Assembly (NCBI GenBank): GCA_000091165.1
Contig: FP565575.1
Location: 30,001-62,000, forward strand
Reading direction: 5' to 3'
Length of the DNA stretch: 32,000 nt
Source of the DNA: Candidatus Methylomirabilis oxygeniifera
GTDB lineage: Bacteria > Methylomirabilota > Methylomirabilia > Methylomirabilales > Methylomirabilaceae
Numbering within the stretch: position 1 is the stretch's first letter; each line of letters starts with the position of its first letter. Positions 28,029-32,000 of the stretch are shown in pieces. Under the pieces are notes generated by a model. It was not told where the DNA came from. It did no database searches and was given only the letters and a program-made list of their open reading frames with translations. Made by a program: the position numbers and the translations under genes.

Positions 28029-29009
28029 ATGCTGGAACAGATCGAGGCGTACCTGTTGTATCTTCAGGCGGAGCGAGCAGCGTCCCCGCATACGCTGAAG
28101 AACTATGCGATCGACTTGCAGCAGTTCCGGACGTTTCTTAGGGCCGGCGAGTCATCGCAGTTGGAACCTACCGTAAGCGCGGTCGAACGACCTGTTGTCA
28201 GAGATACAGGACGAGGGGATGCCCTGCACCGGCAGATCAAGCCGGGTGAGATCGACGTGCTGGCGATCAGGGCCTTCGTGGCGGATCTACATAGAAGGGG
28301 GATCGCGCGAAGCAGCATCGCGCGGAAGCTTGCGACCCTGCGATCGTTCTTCCGATACCTGTGCCGGGAGGGTGTTGTTGCTGCGAATCCGGCGAAGCTG
28401 GTATCCACCCCGAAGCTGCCGAAGCGGCTTCCGGCCTATCTGACCGTGGACGAGGTTGATCGGCTCTTGGCGTCGCCTGGCGAACAGGATCTCCCTGGCG
28501 CCCGCGATTTGGCGATTCTGGAACTCTTTTATGCCTCGGGCATCAGATTGAGCGAGCTGACGGGATTAGATGTACGGGATGTAGATATCCGAGAGGGTCT
28601 TGTTCGGGTAAAAGGTAAGGGGGGTAAGGAGCGGATCGTTCCAGTAGGGTCGAAGGCGATCGTTGCTCTGAGGCGCTATCTCGATAGGCGGAGCGATCTG
28701 ATCCATGAATCGAAGCGAGTAGCCCCCGAGTCTGTCGCGTTGTTCCTCAACCGACAAGGCGGCCGCTTGAGCCAGCGGAGCATTGCTCGAATCGTCTTAA
28801 AACACCTGAATCAGAGCGGTGTGGGGCCGAAGATCACGCCTCATGGGCTGCGTCACAGCTATGCCACGCACCTGCTTCAGGCTGGAGCCGATCTCCGCGC
28901 AATTCAGGAACTGCTGGGGCATTCACGGCTCTCGACGACCCAGCGGTATACCCACCTGAATCTGGATCACCTGATGGCGGTTTACGATAAGGCGCATCCG
29001 AGAGCCTAA
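28029..29009 (+). CDS. xerC: Tyrosine recombinase XerC
   Basis: LEQIEAYLLYLQAERAASPHTLKNYAIDL, LELFYASGIRLSELTGLDVRDVD, HGLRHSYATHLLQAGADLRAIQELLGHSRLSTTQRYTHL. Start site uncertain (listed ORF opens at 27825; ATG at 28029 favoured). Confidence 0.93.
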   Translation: MLEQIEAYLLYLQAERAASPHTLKNYAIDLQQFRTFLRAGESSQLEPTVSAVERPVVRDTGRGDALHRQIKPGEIDVLAIRAFVADLHRRGIARSSIARKLATLRSFFRYLCREGVVAANPAKLVSTPKLPKRLPAYLTVDEVDRLLASPGEQDLPGARDLAILELFYASGIRLSELTGLDVRDVDIREGLVRVKGKGGKERIVPVGSKAIVALRRYLDRRSDLIHESKRVAPESVALFLNRQGGRLSQRSIARIVLKHLNQSGVGPKITPHGLRHSYATHLLQAGADLRAIQELLGHSRLSTTQRYTHLNLDHLMAVYDKAHPRA

Positions 29010-29013
29010 GAGC

Positions 29014-29055
29014 TAGGGTATAGGAGTTAGGGTGGAGGGTATAGGGGGTAGGGTG
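29014..29055 (+). repeat. Telomere-like G-rich repeat element 5, xerC / hslV junction (single orientation)
   Basis: TAGGGTATAGGAGTTAGGGTGGAGGGTATAGGGGGTAGGGTG. The last G-tract contributes the first base of the candidate hslV GTG start. Confidence 0.82.
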
Positions 29056-29586
29056 CAAAGAGTTCGGAGTACAACGATCCTGGCAGTGCGGCATAAGGGG
29101 AAAGTGGTGGTGGCCGGGGACGGACAGGTCTCCTTTGGCGAGACCGTGATGAAGCAGACTGCCCGCAAGGTCCGTCGGCTGTGGAACGATCGGGTGATCG
29201 CCGGTTTTGCCGGCGCTGCGGCCGATGCGTTTGCCCTCCAATCGAGGTTTGAGGCGAAACTCGAGGCGTTCAGCGGCAACCTACCGCGCGCTGCGGTTGA
29301 GTTGGCGAAGGATTGGCGCACCGACCGGGCCCTCCGCCGATTAGAGGCGTTGTTGGTGGCGGTCGACAGGGAGCATTCGCTGGTCATTTCGGGGACGGGG
29401 GACGTGATCGAGCCAGACGACGGGGTGGTCGGCATCGGCTCCGGTGGGCAGTACGCGGTTGCCGCAGCTCGAGCCCTTATCGGCTTCTCAGAGCTTGATG
29501 CGAGAAGGATTGCCGAGGAGGCGATGAAGATCGCCGCCTCTATCTGCGTCTATACGAACGATACGATTACGATTGAAGAGCTATAA
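29053..29586 (+). CDS. hslV: ATP-dependent protease subunit HslV
   Basis: [76 protein letters not shown] at 29053 is a plausible start. Confidence 0.95.
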   Translation: MQRVRSTTILAVRHKGKVVVAGDGQVSFGETVMKQTARKVRRLWNDRVIAGFAGAAADAFALQSRFEAKLEAFSGNLPRAAVELAKDWRTDRALRRLEALLVAVDREHSLVISGTGDVIEPDDGVVGIGSGGQYAVAAARALIGFSELDARRIAEEAMKIAASICVYTNDTITIEEL

Positions 29587-29600
29587 CAGCGTACTAAGGT

Positions 29601-29770
29601 ACAAGGGGCGGGCGACGGGTGACTCTGCTTAATCTCGCCGTACGTCCGTGTACGGCTCGAATCGGCGCCGGCAGGCTGCGCTGCCCATGCTTCGCCTGCC
29701 ATCGACGACGCGTCGTCACCCGCCGTCCACCCCGATGGCAGTGTATCGGGCGCACGGTGCGCGCCCGATA
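29601..29770. other. Hairpin-rich intergenic region between hslV and hslU
   Basis: Dyads: GCCGTAC-GTCCGT-GTACGGC (29637..29656), TATCGGGCGC-ACGGTGC-GCGCCCGATA (29744..29770), and outer CGGGTGAC (29616..29623) / GTCACCCG (29715..29722). Confidence 0.6.
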
Positions 29771-29790
29771 TGAGGTATGGTGAGGTACTC

Positions 29791-31146
29791 ATGGAACAGT
29801 TGACACCGCGACAGATTGTGGCCGAGCTGGATAAATATATTATCGGTCAGAAGGAAGCAAAACGGGCCGTTGCGATTGCGCTGCGCAATCGGTGGCGGCG
29901 GCAGAAGCTTCCGGCGGAGCTGCGGGATGAGGTGGCGCCGAAGAACATTATTATGATCGGCCCGACAGGAGTGGGTAAGACCGAGATTGCCCGCCGTCTT
30001 GCCAAACTGGTTGATGCCCCGTTTATCAAGGTGGAGGCCAGCAAGTACACCGAAGTAGGCTACGTCGGACGCGACGTCGAATCGATGGTGCGGGATCTGA
30101 CCGAACTGGCGGTGGATATGGTGAAGGCGGAAAGAATCAAGGGGGTCCAGGAGCGGGCGAGGGAGCTGGCAGAAGAGCGGCTCCTGGATCTGCTGTTGCC
30201 CGTCAGCAGGATGCCGACAACCCCCGGCGTCGAGCAAACCTTGGACGCGAGCACAGTCACCTCGGCGGCAGAGACTCGCGAAAAACTCAGGAAGCGGCTG
30301 CACGAGGGGAAGCTGGACGACCGCACTGTAGAGTTAGAGGTCAAGGATCGCGCGATGCCGATGGTGGAGATTTTCAGCGGCGCCGGCATGGAGGGGATGG
30401 ACATCAATATGAAGGAGATGCTGGGGAGCCTGTTGCCCCAGCGGACCAAGCGACGCAAGGTCAAGATTCGGGAAGCCCAGCGGATTCTTGCCCAGGAAGA
30501 GGCCGATAAGCTGATCGATGTGGACGAGGTAAGGTCGGAAGCGGTTCGCCGCGTCGAGGACTCCGGAATCGTCTTCCTGGATGAGATCGATAAGATCGCC
30601 GGTCGCGATTCGGGTCACGGCCCGGATGTTTCGCGCCAGGGTGTGCAACGCGACCTTTTACCGATTGTCGAGGGGTGCACGGTCAACACCAAGTATGGCC
30701 TGGTACGGACCGATCACATCCTGTTTATTGCAGCCGGCGCGTTCCATGTCTCCAAACCGTCGGACCTGATTCCGGAGTTGCAGGGGCGCTTCCCGCTACG
30801 TGTAGAACTGGCCAGTCTTACACAAGATGACTTCGTCAGGATCCTTACAGAGCCGCAAAATGCCCTGATCAAGCAGTATACCGCGCTTCTGGAGACAGAG
30901 GAGGTCACGCTGGACTTTACCGAAGATGCCATTCAGGAGCTTGCGGCTACCGCATGCGCCGTCAATCAGGCGACTGAGAATATCGGTGCCCGCCGCTTGT
31001 ACACCATTCTGGAGCGGCTGCTGGATGAAATCTCGTTTGAGGCGCCTGCCATGCAAGGAGCCCAGGTGACGATCAATGCTGCGTATGTTCGTGAGCGGCT
31101 TCAGGAGATCGTCAAGAGCGAGGACCTGAGCCGTTATATTCTGTAA
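29791..31146 (+). CDS. hslU: ATP-dependent protease ATPase subunit HslU
   Basis: [100 protein letters not shown] 29791 preferred. Confidence 0.97.
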   Translation: MEQLTPRQIVAELDKYIIGQKEAKRAVAIALRNRWRRQKLPAELRDEVAPKNIIMIGPTGVGKTEIARRLAKLVDAPFIKVEASKYTEVGYVGRDVESMVRDLTELAVDMVKAERIKGVQERARELAEERLLDLLLPVSRMPTTPGVEQTLDASTVTSAAETREKLRKRLHEGKLDDRTVELEVKDRAMPMVEIFSGAGMEGMDINMKEMLGSLLPQRTKRRKVKIREAQRILAQEEADKLIDVDEVRSEAVRRVEDSGIVFLDEIDKIAGRDSGHGPDVSRQGVQRDLLPIVEGCTVNTKYGLVRTDHILFIAAGAFHVSKPSDLIPELQGRFPLRVELASLTQDDFVRILTEPQNALIKQYTALLETEEVTLDFTEDAIQELAATACAVNQATENIGARRLYTILERLLDEISFEAPAMQGAQVTINAAYVRERLQEIVKSEDLSRYIL

Positions 31147-31172
31147 GGCAGCGATCAGCAATCAGCTACCAG

Positions 31173-32000
31173 GTGAAATCGTTGCAACCAGTGGAGTGGA
31201 TGGTGGGGCAGCGGAAGACGTTAGAGGTCCGGCGCGGAATCGATAAGGCAAATGTCCTGATCGAGGCGCTGCCGTACATCAAGACATTTGCCGGGAAGAC
31301 GGTCGTCATCAAGTACGGCGGCGCGGCGATGACGGATGAGGCGCTCAAGCGGTCGGTGGCGCTGGACGTCATTCTCATGCGATACGTCGGGATGCAACCG
31401 GTTGTTGTCCACGGCGGCGGCCCTGAGATCAGCAGGGCGATGGAGCGGGCAGGACTGAAGCCGACCTTTATCTCCGGATTTCGGGTGACCGACCGGGAGA
31501 CGATGAAGATCGTTGAGATGGTGATGGTGGGCCAGATCAATCAGGAACTGGTGGCGCTTATCAACAGCAGCGGCGGGTCGGCCGTCGGCCTTTCAGGCAA
31601 GGACGGCGGGTTGATCCGGGCGAAGAAGGCCGGTCCGGCTGCGGCCGCTGAGCCTCCAACTGGTGCGGCCGAGCCGCAGATCGATCTGGGGTTTGTTGGC
31701 GAGATTGTTGCTGTTGACGAACGGGTTCTACTTGCCCTGGAGCGCGACGGATTCACGCCGGTGGTGGCCCCAACCGGCGTCGATGAGGCGGGCGTGACAT
31801 ACAACATCAATGCCGATCTGGCGGCCGGCGCAATCGCGTCGGCCCTGCAAGCGGAAAAGCTCATCTTCCTGACCGACACCGACGGTATTCTGGACAAGGA
31901 TGACGCCCTTATTCCTACGCTGAACAGGCACAGGGTGGAGCAACTTATCGCCGATGGCGTCATCTCGGGGGGGATGCTGCCAAAGGTTCAGGCCTGTCTG
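31173..32000 (+). CDS. argB: Acetylglutamate kinase (partial, runs off window)
   Basis: DKANVLIEALPYIKTFAGKTVVIKYGGAAMTDEALKRSVALDVILMRYVGMQPVVVHGGGPEISRAM, AVGLSGKDGGLIRAKK, LIFLTDTDGILDK, GVISGGMLPKVQACL. Confidence 0.96.
   Translation, partial: MKSLQPVEWMVGQRKTLEVRRGIDKANVLIEALPYIKTFAGKTVVIKYGGAAMTDEALKRSVALDVILMRYVGMQPVVVHGGGPEISRAMERAGLKPTFISGFRVTDRETMKIVEMVMVGQINQELVALINSSGGSAVGLSGKDGGLIRAKKAGPAAAAEPPTGAAEPQIDLGFVGEIVAVDERVLLALERDGFTPVVAPTGVDEAGVTYNINADLAAGAIASALQAEKLIFLTDTDGILDKDDALIPTLNRHRVEQLIADGVISGGMLPKVQACL

Noticed and set aside
28159-28260. Extra residues in the XerC N-terminal domain (EPTVSAVERPVVRDTGRGDALHRQIKPGE)
   Set aside because: Looks like a modest linker expansion; frame and catalytic domain are intact, so not reported as a finding.
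1-32000. tRNA, rRNA, CRISPR or prophage genes
   Set aside because: None recognised by eye; a tRNAscan/Infernal run would be needed to exclude small RNA genes.

Overview
GC-rich bacterial chromosomal window. I cannot verify taxonomy; an NC10/Methylomirabilis-like origin is only an impression. Main contents, left to right: (1) a tight minus-strand run with a DegT-type aminotransferase upstream, then a 68-aa membrane protein, hpnH (frameshifted), squalene-hopene cyclase, hpnG, and a HlyD/MacB-type ABC exporter (adaptor, ATPase, two permeases). (2) A plus-strand polyamine block: speD, speE and an Orn/Lys/Arg decarboxylase. (3) Plus-strand secD (apparent homopolymer frameshift at its start codon), secF, gmhA-like, dac-type carboxypeptidase, dprA, topA and trmFO. 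(4) A roughly 4.5-kb accessory island (about 23.25-27.8 kb) between trmFO and xerC. It holds a PIN/AbrB toxin-antitoxin pair, an 18-bp perfect hairpin, a decayed IS256-family transposase tail, a possible acetyltransferase fragment, a membrane protein ending in a SEC-C motif, a truncated IPTL-CTERM protein, and an AAA/DUF4143 ATPase. (5) xerC, hslV, hslU and partial argB. The most unusual signal is a recurring family of telomere-like 7-nt-period repeats (GGGTRTA) with G-quadruplex potential, mostly paired in inverted orientation. They sit at five junctions between co-directional genes (about 11.8, 15.1, 18.1, 19.4 and 29.0 kb), touch dprA's stop codon and hslV's start codon, and are not explained by any annotated feature. 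The second most interesting is the hopanoid/ABC-exporter linkage. No tRNA, rRNA or CRISPR array was recognised.
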